A DNA stretch of 64,000 bases from Bacteroidota bacterium (GCA_040389865.1 JAZJZM010000009.1:5616-69615); one strand, 5' to 3'. Positions 8,725 through 19,745 are shown, counted from the stretch's first letter. Notes: generated by a model not told the origin, from the sequence alone. Made by a program: numbers and translations.

Positions 8725-11631
8725 ATGAAAATTAAAAAATTACACCTTGTATTATTTGCTGTTACATTTAGCTTTCAAATTTTGACTTTCAAAAGCCAGG
8801 CGCAGGTTTGTTTTGCCCCTGCAACCAATTTTCAAATAGGTAGTAATCCTAATTCTGGCCTAAGTGCAGATTTTAATGGAGACGGCCATGCCGACTTGGC
8901 AACAGTTCATTCCAATGATAGCACTGTGGCTATATATTTAGGCGATGGATCTGGTAACTTTGGGTCTGCTACTAATTTTTCAGCAGATATGTTTACTAAT
9001 TCGATCACTAGTGCTGATTTTAATGGAGATACCTATGTGGATCTGGCAACGGCAAATTATTTTTCCAACACTATATCGGTTTTGTTGGGCAATGGCGCAG
9101 GGGCCTTTGGCTCTGCAACAAATTTTAATTTAGAAGGTGCTTATTCAATTATCAGTGCAGATTTTAATGGAGATAATAATCCTGATTTGGCAATCACTCA
9201 AAATGATTCAAGCAAAATAGTGATTTTAATTGGCAATGGCGCAGGCAACTTTGGTGCAGCAACAAGCTTTGCGGTAGCAGGACGGCCCAGTTCACTTATT
9301 AGCGCTGATTTTAATGGCGATAATAAAGCCGACTTAGCCACCGCTAATGGCTATAATAACAACGTATCAATATTACTTGGTGACGGCTTAGGAAGCTTTG
9401 GAGTATCTACAAACGTTAGCGTTGGGACTTCACCTCTTTCGGTTACTAATGCAGATTTCAACACCGATGGCAATGTAGATTTAGCTATAGCTAATTGGGA
9501 TTCAGACAATGTATCCATATTGCTGGGCAATGGCTTAGGTAGTTTTGGTACTGCCATTAACTTTAATCTAGACTCAATGCCAAGATCAATTATTAGTGCT
9601 GATTTTAACGGGGATGGTAAAGCCGATCTGGCGAGTGCGAATGAGGGGCCGAACAATGTATCCGTATTATTAGGTGATGGTTTAGGAAGTTTTGGCTCTG
9701 CCTCTTACTTTAATACAGGTTATGGTACATATTCACTTATCAATGCTGATTTTAATGAGGATTTGAAAATCGATTTGATTGCAGTAAATAAATATTCAAA
9801 TAATATATCCATATTATTAAATAGCCTTCCACCAGCTTTAGTAATTACCAGTCCTGCTGCTGTATGTTTCCCTAACACTATAAATATCACTGGAGGCGCT
9901 GTTACCGCAGGAAGTACCGGAGGTGGCACATTAAGCTACTGGACAAACGTTGGAGCAACAAGTCCCTTGCTACTTCCTAATGCAGTTACTTTAGGTACAT
10001 ATTATATAAAAGCTACGAAAATAGGTGGATGCACGGATCTTAAGCCGGTAATAGCAACAGTAAATCCAAAACCCATTTCAAATGCCGGAATTGATCTGAC
10101 AATTTGTTCAGGAAGTACTGACAGTATAGGTATTGAAGGTGTAGCAGGAAATACGTATTCATGGAATTCTTCAATAGGAATATCTGATTCTACAGTTTCT
10201 GCCCCCGATATCACAACTATTAATACCACCAGCACCCCAATTGTAACAACGTATACATTAATCGCAACTACCACATTAACTGGTTGCCAATCGACAGATA
10301 ATATAATAGTAACCGTAAATCCTCAACCTGTATTGGTGATTACAAACCCCGCTGCTGTTTGTTTCCCAGGCACTGTAGATGTAAAGGCAGGAGCTGTAAC
10401 AGCGGGAAGTACAGGAGGCGGTACCTTAAGTTACTGGACAAATCCAGCAGCAACCGATTCATTATCATCACCAAGTACCGTTGGAACAAGTGGTACAAAT
10501 TATATTATGGTTTCAGCTATTGGAGGTTGTAAAGATACAAACGCTATAAATATCACTGTTAACCCTCAGCCTACAGCCACTTTCACAACAGTTGATGAAA
10601 GTTCCAGCTTATATTGTGATGGTTCAATTGTGGCTGATCTAACAGGTGGTACTGGAACAATTCAACCGGAATGGCTTGATAACGCTCAAACTGTTTTAGC
10701 TGCAATTGACTCGATTGGTGCGCTTTGTGCAGGGGATTATACCTTGAATTTAATTGACGCGAATCTTTGTACCAATACGTATACACAAGCTGTTCTGGCA
10801 GGACCACTTCCTCCAAGCCCTCCTATTTGCCTTATAACGGTAGATATCACAAATACTCACAATATAGTTGTTTGGGAAAAAACAAATTTGGATATGACAT
10901 CCATTGATAGCTTTGTGGTTTACCGCGAAGTAACTACTAACAACTACCAGTCAATAGGTACCGTTTCGAAAGATTCCCTTAGCACTTTTGATGACTTTGC
11001 TGCTAACCCGGCAACTACAGGATATCGCTATAAATTAAAAAGTAAAAATACACATGGTGTATTATCTCTTTTCTGTGATTACCACAACACCATTTATCTG
11101 AATAATAATGGTGCTAATTTTAACTGGACTCCTTACCAGGTGCAGAATAACACAACTCCGGTATCCACCTATAATGTATATAGAGATGATAATTCAACAG
11201 GCAACTTTATATTGATTGGCAATACAACAGGTAACCAATTTGGATATACGGATATACAATTTGCGTCTTTCCCTGACGCAAGCTATTATGTGGAAGCAGT
11301 AATGGTAGCAGGTGCTTGCCAACCAACACGAACTGACTTTACGGCTTCTCGTTCCAATGTAAAACACTTTGGAACTGCAGGAGTTCAGGAATTAAACGCT
11401 CTTACTGAAGTTAACATTTACCCGAACCCGGCTGGGAATACACTAAACATAACAGGTATTACCGGTAAAACTACTCTTTTATTATATGATGTGGTTGGTA
11501 AATTAGTATTGGAAAAAGAAGTAGAGAATAACACGATACTAAATACAAGCCATTTGGTGGACGGGATCTATACCCTTTTAACGGAGAGTAAAATGGGCAG
11601 ATCGTTTAATAAAGTGGTGATAAGCAGGTAG
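8725..11631 (+). CDS. FG-GAP/VCBS repeat (7 blades) protein with T9SS type A CTD
   Basis: Seven (S/N)ADFN(G/T/E)D..xDL motifs, two PAAVCFP...GSTGGGTLSYWTN modules, C-terminal IYPNPAGNTLNI...GIYTL...KVVI. Confidence 0.9.
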   Translation: MKIKKLHLVLFAVTFSFQILTFKSQAQVCFAPATNFQIGSNPNSGLSADFNGDGHADLATVHSNDSTVAIYLGDGSGNFGSATNFSADMFTNSITSADFNGDTYVDLATANYFSNTISVLLGNGAGAFGSATNFNLEGAYSIISADFNGDNNPDLAITQNDSSKIVILIGNGAGNFGAATSFAVAGRPSSLISADFNGDNKADLATANGYNNNVSILLGDGLGSFGVSTNVSVGTSPLSVTNADFNTDGNVDLAIANWDSDNVSILLGNGLGSFGTAINFNLDSMPRSIISADFNGDGKADLASANEGPNNVSVLLGDGLGSFGSASYFNTGYGTYSLINADFNEDLKIDLIAVNKYSNNISILLNSLPPALVITSPAAVCFPNTINITGGAVTAGSTGGGTLSYWTNVGATSPLLLPNAVTLGTYYIKATKIGGCTDLKPVIATVNPKPISNAGIDLTICSGSTDSIGIEGVAGNTYSWNSSIGISDSTVSAPDITTINTTSTPIVTTYTLIATTTLTGCQSTDNIIVTVNPQPVLVITNPAAVCFPGTVDVKAGAVTAGSTGGGTLSYWTNPAATDSLSSPSTVGTSGTNYIMVSAIGGCKDTNAINITVNPQPTATFTTVDESSSLYCDGSIVADLTGGTGTIQPEWLDNAQTVLAAIDSIGALCAGDYTLNLIDANLCTNTYTQAVLAGPLPPSPPICLITVDITNTHNIVVWEKTNLDMTSIDSFVVYREVTTNNYQSIGTVSKDSLSTFDDFAANPATTGYRYKLKSKNTHGVLSLFCDYHNTIYLNNNGANFNWTPYQVQNNTTPVSTYNVYRDDNSTGNFILIGNTTGNQFGYTDIQFASFPDASYYVEAVMVAGACQPTRTDFTASRSNVKHFGTAGVQELNALTEVNIYPNPAGNTLNITGITGKTTLLLYDVVGKLVLEKEVENNTILNTSHLVDGIYTLLTESKMGRSFNKVVISR

Positions 11632-11726
11632 TGAAAAATATTGTTCCGGCTTTTAGCTTGTCTTTTTAAAGAATTCTAAACAGATAATTTAGAAAATCTG
11701 AAATTAAAACCATTAATAAATTAAAT

Positions 11727-14105
11727 ATGAAACTTAAAAATCTACCTCTTTTATTATTTACCCTTGCTACTTTTAATTTTCAATTTTTGACTCACAAGAC
11801 TCAGGCTCAGGTGTGTTTTACTTCTGCAACTAATTTCACAACTGGCACCCACCCTACTTCAGTCATTAGTGCCGATTTTAACGGAGATGGTAAAGCCGAT
11901 TTAGCTGTAGCTAGTGAATCAAACAATGTATCTGTATTATTGGGTGATGGTTTAGGCAACTTTGGCACTTTTACCAACTTTGCAGTTGGTAACGCTCCTT
12001 ATTCAATTATTAGTGCTGATTTTAATGGAGATAGTAAAGTAGATTTGGCAACAACTAATCTAGGTTCAAATAATATATCTATTTTGCTTGGCGATGGACT
12101 AGGAAATTTTAGTCCAGCCACTAATTTTGCGGTAGGTACCAGTCCTTATTCGCTTATTAGTGCTGATTTTAACGGAGACAACAAAGCTGATTTGGCAATA
12201 GCTAATTCGGGCTCAAACAATGTATCAGTATTATTGGGTGATGGCTTAGGTAGTTTTGGTGCTGCTACAAACTTTGTGGTAGACAATTATCCTGAATCAA
12301 TTGTTAGTGTCGATTTTAACGGAGATACCAAAGCTGATTTAGCGGTAGTTAACCAAACCTCAAATAATGTATCAATATTATTAGGAAATGGATCAGGTAG
12401 CTTTGGGCCTGCCACCAACTTTTCTGTAGGTTCTACCCCTACTTCAATCATTAGTTCTGATTTTAATGGTGATAGTAAAGCTGATTTAGCTGTTTCTAAT
12501 TATTTAAATGTATCGGTATTGCTGGGCGATGGGACAGGCGGTTTCGGCAGTGTCAGTAATTTTGCTTTGGCTAATAGTCCTAATTCAGTTAATAGCGCTG
12601 ATTATAATGGAGATGGAAAATCGGATTTGGCTATGGTTAGTGCTGGTGGTTCAGGAAACATATCAGTATTGTTGGGTAACGGAACAGGAGGTTTTGGATC
12701 CGCAGCCAACTTTACAGCAGGTTCCGATGCTTGTTCAATCATCAGTGGAAATTTTAACGGAGACAACAAACCCGATTTTGTGGTGGCTAATTATATGCCA
12801 ACAAAGGTATCGATTTTATTAAATAATTCTTTTATAGTCACAGCTCAAGCAACAGCAACAACCGTTTGCGTGGGAGCAACAGTAACACTTACTGGAGGTG
12901 GTGCCACTTCTTATACATGGACTGGGGGAGCTATTGACACTGTTGCATTTACATGCCCTTCATCTACTACTACATATACCGTAACAGGAACAACAGCAGG
13001 ATGTTCTGATACGGTAACAATAACTATTACAGTAAATCCAGCACCTACCGCCACTTTTACAATACATGATGAAAGTTCTACTTTATATTGTGATGGTTCA
13101 ATTGTTGCCGATCTAACAGGTGGGACAGGAACTATTTTACCAGAATGGCTTGATAACACTCAAACTGTTATAGCCAATATTGATTCTATTGGTGCACTTT
13201 GTTCAGGTTCTTATACTTTGAATATAATTGATGCTAACCTTTGTACCAACACTTATACACAAGCTATTCTGGCAGGACCAATTCCCCCAACACCGCCTAT
13301 TTGCCTTATAACGGTAGATATCACAAATACTCATAATATCGTTGTTTGGGAAAAAACAAATCTGGATTTGACAGCTATTGATAGCTTTGTAGTATATCGT
13401 GAAATATCCACCAATATCTACCAACCTATAGGCGCAGTGCCGAAAGATTCTATTAGCACATTTGATGACTTTGCTGCAAACCCCGCAACAACAGGATACC
13501 GTTATAAATTAAAAAGTAAAAACACACATGGTGTAACATCGCTTTTCTGTGAATACCACAATACTATTTACCTCACCAACACAGGCGCTAATTTTAGTTG
13601 GACTCCTTACCAGATAGAAAACAACACCACACCAGTATCAAATTATTATATTTATAGAGATGATAATTCAACAGGCAACTTTATATTGATTGGCAATACA
13701 ACAGGTAACCAATTTGGATATACGGATATACAATTTGCTTCTTTCCCGGATGCAAGTTATTATGTGGAGGCAGTAATGGTAGCAGGAGGTTGCCAACCAA
13801 CACGTACTGATTTTACTGCTTCGCGTTCCAACGTAAAACACTTTGGAACTGCCGGAGTTCAGGAATTAAACACTCATACTGTAGTTAATATTTACCCGAA
13901 CCCAGCTGGTAATACGTTAAACATTACCGGTATCACTGGTAAAACCACTCTTTTATTATATGATGTTGTTGGTAAATTAGTATTGGAAAAAGAAGTAGAG
14001 AATAACACGATACTAAATACAAGCCATTTGGTGGATGGGATCTATACCCTTTTAACAGAAAGTAAAATGGGCAGATCATTTAATAAAGTGGTGATAAGCA
14101 GGTAG
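11727..14105 (+). CDS. FG-GAP/VCBS repeat (7 blades) protein with T9SS type A CTD; tandem paralog of 8725-11631
   Basis: Seven DFNGD-type repeats; C-terminal ~350 aa nearly identical to the upstream paralog. Confidence 0.9.
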   Translation: MKLKNLPLLLFTLATFNFQFLTHKTQAQVCFTSATNFTTGTHPTSVISADFNGDGKADLAVASESNNVSVLLGDGLGNFGTFTNFAVGNAPYSIISADFNGDSKVDLATTNLGSNNISILLGDGLGNFSPATNFAVGTSPYSLISADFNGDNKADLAIANSGSNNVSVLLGDGLGSFGAATNFVVDNYPESIVSVDFNGDTKADLAVVNQTSNNVSILLGNGSGSFGPATNFSVGSTPTSIISSDFNGDSKADLAVSNYLNVSVLLGDGTGGFGSVSNFALANSPNSVNSADYNGDGKSDLAMVSAGGSGNISVLLGNGTGGFGSAANFTAGSDACSIISGNFNGDNKPDFVVANYMPTKVSILLNNSFIVTAQATATTVCVGATVTLTGGGATSYTWTGGAIDTVAFTCPSSTTTYTVTGTTAGCSDTVTITITVNPAPTATFTIHDESSTLYCDGSIVADLTGGTGTILPEWLDNTQTVIANIDSIGALCSGSYTLNIIDANLCTNTYTQAILAGPIPPTPPICLITVDITNTHNIVVWEKTNLDLTAIDSFVVYREISTNIYQPIGAVPKDSISTFDDFAANPATTGYRYKLKSKNTHGVTSLFCEYHNTIYLTNTGANFSWTPYQIENNTTPVSNYYIYRDDNSTGNFILIGNTTGNQFGYTDIQFASFPDASYYVEAVMVAGGCQPTRTDFTASRSNVKHFGTAGVQELNTHTVVNIYPNPAGNTLNITGITGKTTLLLYDVVGKLVLEKEVENNTILNTSHLVDGIYTLLTESKMGRSFNKVVISR

Positions 14106-14135
14106 TGAAAAAATAGATTTTTAAAAAAATTTTAC

Positions 14136-14166
14136 AAAAAAAGTTCGCTAAATGCGAACTTTTTTT
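14136..14166. promoter_or_regulatory. Inverted repeat just upstream of the higB -7 element (candidate TA operator and/or terminator)
   Basis: AAAAAAAGTTCGC-taaat-GCGAACTTTTTTT. Confidence 0.55.
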
Positions 14167-14168
14167 TA

Positions 14169-14176
14169 TACCTTTG
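14169..14176 (+). promoter_or_regulatory. Bacteroidota sigma-A -7 element for higBA
   Basis: TACCTTTG matches TAnnTTTG, 8 nt before the ATG. Confidence 0.6.
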
Positions 14177-14184
14177 TCTTACAA

Positions 14185-14478
14185 ATGAATATAGTTGCAT
14201 TTAGAACATTAAGGGCCTTTTATGAAAGGCATGAAGATTGTGAAACACAACTAAAAACCTGGTATAAAAAGACGGTATCAGCAAACTGGAAATCACCCAA
14301 TGAAATTAAAATAGATTATCCATCCGCCAGTATTATTGAAGATAACAGAGTAGTTTTTAATATAAAAGGCAACGAATATAGATTAATAGTAAAATTTAAT
14401 TACAAATATGGATGGGCATGGATACGGTTTATTGGCACACATGCTGAATATGATAAAATCAATGCAAAAACAATTTAA
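14185..14478 (+). CDS. higB: Type II TA toxin HigB (mRNA interferase)
   Basis: RVVFNIKGNEYRLIV...IRFIGTHAEYDKI is the characteristic HigB signature; toxin precedes antitoxin. Confidence 0.88.
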   Translation: MNIVAFRTLRAFYERHEDCETQLKTWYKKTVSANWKSPNEIKIDYPSASIIEDNRVVFNIKGNEYRLIVKFNYKYGWAWIRFIGTHAEYDKINAKTI

Positions 14479-14489
14479 AAAATAATAAC

Positions 14490-14843
14490 ATGAAATTTGC
14501 TCCTATTAAAAACGAAAAAGACTATCAAAAGGCCTTACAGGAGCTTGAGAAAGTTTTTGATGCTGAGCTAAATTCTCCGGAAGGAGATAAAGGCCAGGTT
14601 CTTGTTCTTTTGATAGAAGATTATGAAAAGAAACATTATCCTATTGGTGCACCTGATCCAATTGAAGCTATAAAGTCAACGATGGAAGAAAAGGGGCTTA
14701 GCAATAAAGATGTTGTTCCTTATTTTGGCAGCAAAAGCCTTGTTTCCCAGGTTTTATCAAAACAAAGAAATCTCTCCTTAAAAATGATCAGAGCATTGCA
14801 TGTAGGCCTAAGATTGCCCTATGAAGTTTTACTTGCGGAATAA
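14490..14843 (+). CDS. higA: Antitoxin HigA (HTH)
   Basis: IKNEKDYQKAL...LIEDYEKKHYPI..PDPIEAIK followed by a C-terminal HTH ending LSLKMIRALH. Confidence 0.88.
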   Translation: MKFAPIKNEKDYQKALQELEKVFDAELNSPEGDKGQVLVLLIEDYEKKHYPIGAPDPIEAIKSTMEEKGLSNKDVVPYFGSKSLVSQVLSKQRNLSLKMIRALHVGLRLPYEVLLAE

Positions 14844-14889
14844 AATATTTGTCTCTTAAAAATGCAGCGATGACTCTTTCATCCTAAAT

Positions 14890-15041
14890 GCTGCGTTAGG
14901 GATTCCTTCGACAAAAGCTCAGGATAAATTCCACGTAAATCCCCGCCCGAACGACTGATGTCTTTCAGTCGGGCAGGCTTTTCTGTTTAGATTGATTGCA
15001 AAGCCCGTCCCTTTCTTTTTCAGAAAGGGAACGCCCCAAAT
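14890..15041 (+). mobile_element. MITE-like scaffold with two inserted hairpin repeats
   Basis: gctgcgttagggatt[ccttcgacaaaagctcaggataaatt]ccacgtaaatcc[ccgcccgaacg...gtcgggcaggc]ttttct...aagcccgtccctttc...gaaagggaacgccccaaat. Confidence 0.75.
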
Positions 15042-15092
15042 AACCTGCCTTTAAATGAATTATTTTGAAGGATTGAAGGATCGTAATCAGTA

Positions 15093-16571
15093 CTATTCCA
15101 GAACAGTAACATGCCCTTTATATTCCACGCTGTTCAGATCCAGCACATAAAAATAGGTTCCACACTCCACTTTTAAACCCGAAGTAGTTCTACCGTCCCA
15201 TTTATTATTGATACTTGAGGACGCAAATACAAGGATTCCCCAGCGATCATAGATATTTACATTGAAGTTGGTTAAATTTTCTCCACTTAAATTTATTTTA
15301 AACACATCGTTAATACCATCTCCATTGGGACTGAATACATTTGGTATTTCAATGGCAGGACAGGCAATAACAGTATTGGTTTGCTGAGCGGAAGGTGTTG
15401 CACACGCTACATTTGATGTAAGAATAACGCTGATGGTTTCTCCATTCATAAATGCGCCTGAAGACGTATAAATTGGAGAATTTGTCCCCACATTAATACT
15501 ATTTCTCTGCCATTGATAAACAGGCAAGGTCCCACCATTGGATGGAGAAGCGGTAAATGTAACGGCAGAACTTATACATAATGCAGTAGTTGCAGCAGTG
15601 GTGATACTTACGCTTGGCACAACAACTGAATTAATAGTGATATTCACCCCATTATCAATACCTGTAGCAGCGGGTGCGGAGCTAATCACTCTAAAAAGAT
15701 AACCTGGTGCTGTTATTGATCCGCAAGGGATGACACATGAAATAGTGCCTGCATTGGATGTACTTACCAATGTACCAATAGTTACAGGGGCTGTAAAATT
15801 ACCTGCTGAATCGGAAAGTTGCACAGTATATGTATTTCCGGCAGTAATAGTTCCGGTACTTGAAAAAGGTATATCTACAGTGTCGCAAGCGCAGTAGGAG
15901 CTTAACGTTAAAGCACCTGTTGTAATTGTTACACAATTAATAACAGTATCAGTCTGAACTACTGATGGAGAAGCACAAGCAGCATTAGACGTTAATATTA
16001 CACTAACAATATCTCCAATATTCAATAAAGCACTTGTGGTGTAAACAGTAGAATCAATCCCCACATTTACTCCATTTATTTGCCATTGATAAATGGGTAC
16101 CGCCCCTCCATTAGTTGGTGTGGCGGTAAATATAACGGTAGTATCTGTACATATAATTCCGGATACATTGGCTGCGATACTTACAGTAGGAACAACAGAG
16201 GCATTAATTACTATGCCTGTACCATTATCAGTACCTGTAAAAGCCGGGGTTGAACTTGTTATTCTAAAGAGATAGCCTGCTCCTGCGGAAGTTCCACAAG
16301 GTAAAATACAAGAAACGGAATCAAAGTTGGATGTACTGACCAACGTACCAATAATTACGGGCGAGGCGAAACTACCTGCAGCATCTGAAAGTTCAGCAGT
16401 ATAGATATTACCTGCAATAAATACTCCAACACTTGTAAATGGTATATTTACTGTTCCGCAAGCACAGAAAGGACTTCCCGATATTGTGCCCGTAGTGATC
16501 TGAGATTGAGCATTAAATGAATAAAATGAGAGAACCAATGCACAAAGCGCAGTGATATTAATTACCCTCAT
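15093..16571 (-). CDS. Secreted protein with duplicated Ig-like module pair and T9SS type B CTD
   Basis: IEIPNVFSPNGDGINDVF...YDRWG...KWDG...GTYFYVL; two ITTG...FCAC/YCAC modules; start set at MRVINIT. Confidence 0.85.
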   Translation of the reverse strand: MRVINITALCALVLSFYSFNAQSQITTGTISGSPFCACGTVNIPFTSVGVFIAGNIYTAELSDAAGSFASPVIIGTLVSTSNFDSVSCILPCGTSAGAGYLFRITSSTPAFTGTDNGTGIVINASVVPTVSIAANVSGIICTDTTVIFTATPTNGGAVPIYQWQINGVNVGIDSTVYTTSALLNIGDIVSVILTSNAACASPSVVQTDTVINCVTITTGALTLSSYCACDTVDIPFSSTGTITAGNTYTVQLSDSAGNFTAPVTIGTLVSTSNAGTISCVIPCGSITAPGYLFRVISSAPAATGIDNGVNITINSVVVPSVSITTAATTALCISSAVTFTASPSNGGTLPVYQWQRNSINVGTNSPIYTSSGAFMNGETISVILTSNVACATPSAQQTNTVIACPAIEIPNVFSPNGDGINDVFKINLSGENLTNFNVNIYDRWGILVFASSSINNKWDGRTTSGLKVECGTYFYVLDLNSVEYKGHVTVLE

Positions 16572-16596
16572 TTTAATAAAAGAATAACACATTCAA

Positions 16597-16672
16597 TCTG
16601 ATAATTTGAAAATTTGTTAATGTGAAATTGCACTGATCAGAAAATAAAATAATTGGTCATCACATTTTCAAA
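16597..16672. repeat. Degenerate octamer (TTTGAAAA/TTTTCAAA) inverted-arm spacer
   Basis: aatttgaaaatttgttaatgtgaaatt ... cacattttcaaa. Confidence 0.45.
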
Positions 16673-16735
16673 AGCCTTGATCCATTGATTTTAGCTTGCT
16701 AATAATACATTCATGTGGCAAAGCAAATTTTTTAA

Positions 16736-18139
16736 TTAGGCTTTTAAAAATCCTAATATTTTTTCAACACTATCTTTAGCATCACCATAAAGCATTTCTG
16801 CATTTGGTTTGTAGAATAAAGGATTTTCTACACCTGCATAACCAACCGACATAGAACGTTTCATTATAATAACTTTCTCCGCTTTCCAAGCTTCAATAAC
16901 CGGCATTCCATAAATAGGACTTGACGGATCGTCCTGCGCTCCCGGATTAACAACATCGTTGGCTCCGATCACCATTACCACATCTGTTTCAGGCAGGTCT
17001 TCGTTTATCTCGTCCATTTCTAATACAATATCGTAAGGTACGTTTGCTTCTGCTAATAGCACATTCATGTGGCCCGGTAAACGACCGGCAACAGGATGAA
17101 TAGCGAATCGCACTTTTTTACCTGCTTTTTGTAATGTTTTTACCATTTCATAAATTGGATACTGTGCTTTTGCAACAGCCATTCCGTAACCCGGTACAAT
17201 AACAACAGATTTTGCTTCTTTTAACAGATCAGCTACTTCTTCATGATTTAATGCCGTTACTTCCCCTTCAATAGCGGTTGCTTCACCAGATGATTTAACG
17301 GTGCCAAAACCTCCGAGGATAACAGAGAAGAAAGAACGGTTCATTGCTTCACACATAATGATGGAAAGAATTGCACCCGAACTACCAACCAATGCACCAG
17401 TTACAATTAATAGATCGTTCCCTAACATAAAACCAGCAGCAGATGCAGCCCAACCCGAATATGAGTTTAACATAGAAACTACTACCGGCATATCAGCACC
17501 ACCAATTGCCATCACTAACATTACACCAACAAAACCTGCAATAGCTGTCATAATGTATAAATACATCATTCCATCAATACCTTCAGCTCCTGCAAATAAC
17601 ACCCCCAATACAATAGAGGAAAGTACCATTATTATATTAACAGCATGTCGTCCTGTATACAATAAAGGCTTGCTCATGATCTTGCCTTCTAATTTACCCC
17701 AGGCAACAATAGAACCAGTAAACGTAATTGCACCAATGAACACACCAATAAATACTTCCACTAAATGGATAGTATGTTCTGTACCGCTTAATGTATGTGT
17801 TGCAGGATCAAGGTATGAACCAAAACCAACAAGTACCGCTGCTAAGCCAACAAAACTGTGTAAGATGGCAACCAGCTGCGGCATGGAAGTCATTTCAACT
17901 TTACGTGCCAATAGTGTTCCAATAATTGCGGCTACTGAAATAGCACCAATAATATAAATATGGCCTTCAACATTTTTACCCAAAACCGTTGCAAGTACAG
18001 CAATAGCCATACCTACAATACCATAAAACACACCACGCTTTGCCGACTCCTGCGAGGATAAACCTCCCAAGCTTAAAATGAACAGAATACTTGCAAATAA
18101 ATAGGCTGCTGTTTGAATTTCTTTTTCTATAAAGATCAT
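16736..18139 (-). CDS. pntB: NAD(P)+ transhydrogenase subunit beta
   Basis: [47 protein letters not shown] motifs. Confidence 0.97.
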   Translation of the reverse strand: MIFIEKEIQTAAYLFASILFILSLGGLSSQESAKRGVFYGIVGMAIAVLATVLGKNVEGHIYIIGAISVAAIIGTLLARKVEMTSMPQLVAILHSFVGLAAVLVGFGSYLDPATHTLSGTEHTIHLVEVFIGVFIGAITFTGSIVAWGKLEGKIMSKPLLYTGRHAVNIIMVLSSIVLGVLFAGAEGIDGMMYLYIMTAIAGFVGVMLVMAIGGADMPVVVSMLNSYSGWAASAAGFMLGNDLLIVTGALVGSSGAILSIIMCEAMNRSFFSVILGGFGTVKSSGEATAIEGEVTALNHEEVADLLKEAKSVVIVPGYGMAVAKAQYPIYEMVKTLQKAGKKVRFAIHPVAGRLPGHMNVLLAEANVPYDIVLEMDEINEDLPETDVVMVIGANDVVNPGAQDDPSSPIYGMPVIEAWKAEKVIIMKRSMSVGYAGVENPLFYKPNAEMLYGDAKDSVEKILGFLKA

Positions 18140-18200
18140 ATTTCCTGATTTAACTCCTTTATTATTTTTATTATCTGGTGTTGTTGAAGCTAAAGCTTTC

Positions 18201-19742
18201 TTATTTTTTAAACATTTTCAACATACGGTGTGTAACCACAAATCCTCCAACAATATTGATGCTGGCAACCAAAATAGCAACTGATGCTAAAACGGTCATT
18301 ACTAAAGAACTTGATAGATCACCCTTAGTTTGTAACAGGCCTCCAACGATGATGATACCGCTAATAGCATTGGTAATGGCCATTAATGGAGTGTGAAGTG
18401 AATGTGATACATTCCAGATCACTTGCCAGCCAATGAATACGGCTAATACAAACACCGTAAAATGTTGCATAAATTCGCCAGGAGCAAATTGTCCCATTGC
18501 TAATAAAAGCGCGCCAATTACACCCAATTTAATAACCATGGATCTGGCTTCCTTTTTATTTTTCCGTTCCGATACAATTTTGGGATCTTCCACTACAACC
18601 TCCGCTGCTTTAGTCTTTGCCGGACTAACAGGAAGTGGTGCTGGTGGCCAATTGATTTTACCATTATACGTTACCATTGCTCTTGACACAACAGCATCTT
18701 CCATATCAATTTTCCATTTGTCCGCTTTACCCATATCATCTAATAAATGACACAAGTTATTTCCATATAACTGTGAAGCCTGAGTAGGAAGTTGATTTAA
18801 TTTACCAACCATAGTAACTCCATTGTCGGTTGTATAAACTTCTCCATTTCTGGTAAGATCACAGTTACCACCACTTGATGCCGCTAAGTCAACAATAACC
18901 GAACCGGGCTTCATGGCAGCAACATGGTAATCCATCCACAATTTAGGAGCGGGTCTACCAGGAATTTGTGCGGTGGTAATAACGATATCAACTTCTTTCG
19001 CTTGTTCTAAAAATAATTTCATCTCTGCTTCGATGAATTCTTTACTCATTTCTTTTGAGTATCCTGATGATGTAGCACCATCTTCATTAATTTCAACAGT
19101 TAAGAATTGCGCACCCATCGATTCGATCTGTTCTGCAACTTCTTTTCGTGTATCAAATGCTCTTACAATTGCACCTAATGAATTGGCAGCACCAATGGCA
19201 GCAAGGCCAGCTACTCCAGCTCCAATGACAAGCACTTTGGCCGGTTCCACTTTTCCCGCTGCTGTAATTTGTCCGTTAAGAAATCTTCCAAAATAAAACG
19301 AACCTTCTATAACAGATCTATATCCTGCAATGTTTGCCATTGATGACAAAACATCCATTTTTTGCGCTCTGGAAATACGAGGGATCGCATCCATTGCAAT
19401 TGCATTTACTTTTTTATCGGCTAATTTTTGAAGTAGGGGTTGATTTTGTGCAGGCCATAGGTAACTAAGCATTACCAAGCCTTCTCTCATCATGTCAATT
19501 TCTTCCATTGCAGGCTCTTTTACCTTTAGTACAATGTCGGATTTACCATATATATCGGCAGCTGTAGCAACTATTTTAGCTCCTGCTTCTTCAAAATCTT
19601 TATCAGAAAAATTTGCTTTTAATCCGGCATTATGCTGAATATAAACTTCAAATCCTTGTTTCTGAAGTCGTTTAACGGTTTTGGGAGTTGCCGCGACCCT
19701 TAATTCGTTTGGGAAAATTTCCGATGGAATTCCTACCTTCAT
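18201..19742 (-). CDS. pntA: NAD(P)+ transhydrogenase subunit alpha (single chain)
   Basis: [39 protein letters not shown] motifs; 513 aa including the membrane segment. Confidence 0.97.
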   Translation of the reverse strand: MKVGIPSEIFPNELRVAATPKTVKRLQKQGFEVYIQHNAGLKANFSDKDFEEAGAKIVATAADIYGKSDIVLKVKEPAMEEIDMMREGLVMLSYLWPAQNQPLLQKLADKKVNAIAMDAIPRISRAQKMDVLSSMANIAGYRSVIEGSFYFGRFLNGQITAAGKVEPAKVLVIGAGVAGLAAIGAANSLGAIVRAFDTRKEVAEQIESMGAQFLTVEINEDGATSSGYSKEMSKEFIEAEMKLFLEQAKEVDIVITTAQIPGRPAPKLWMDYHVAAMKPGSVIVDLAASSGGNCDLTRNGEVYTTDNGVTMVGKLNQLPTQASQLYGNNLCHLLDDMGKADKWKIDMEDAVVSRAMVTYNGKINWPPAPLPVSPAKTKAAEVVVEDPKIVSERKNKKEARSMVIKLGVIGALLLAMGQFAPGEFMQHFTVFVLAVFIGWQVIWNVSHSLHTPLMAITNAISGIIIVGGLLQTKGDLSSSLVMTVLASVAILVASINIVGGFVVTHRMLKMFKK

Positions 19743-19745
19743 AAT

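Noticed and set aside
10555-14105. Near-identical 3' regions as a DGR template/variable repeat pair
   Set aside because: No reverse transcriptase in the window, differences are not adenine-specific, and both copies are in-frame parts of paralogs.
17301-17957. 218-aa plus-strand ORF (and similar long antisense ORFs over pntA, purA, FG-GAP genes, dnaJ, murA)
   Set aside because: Shadow frames opposite well-conserved genes; no independent motifs.
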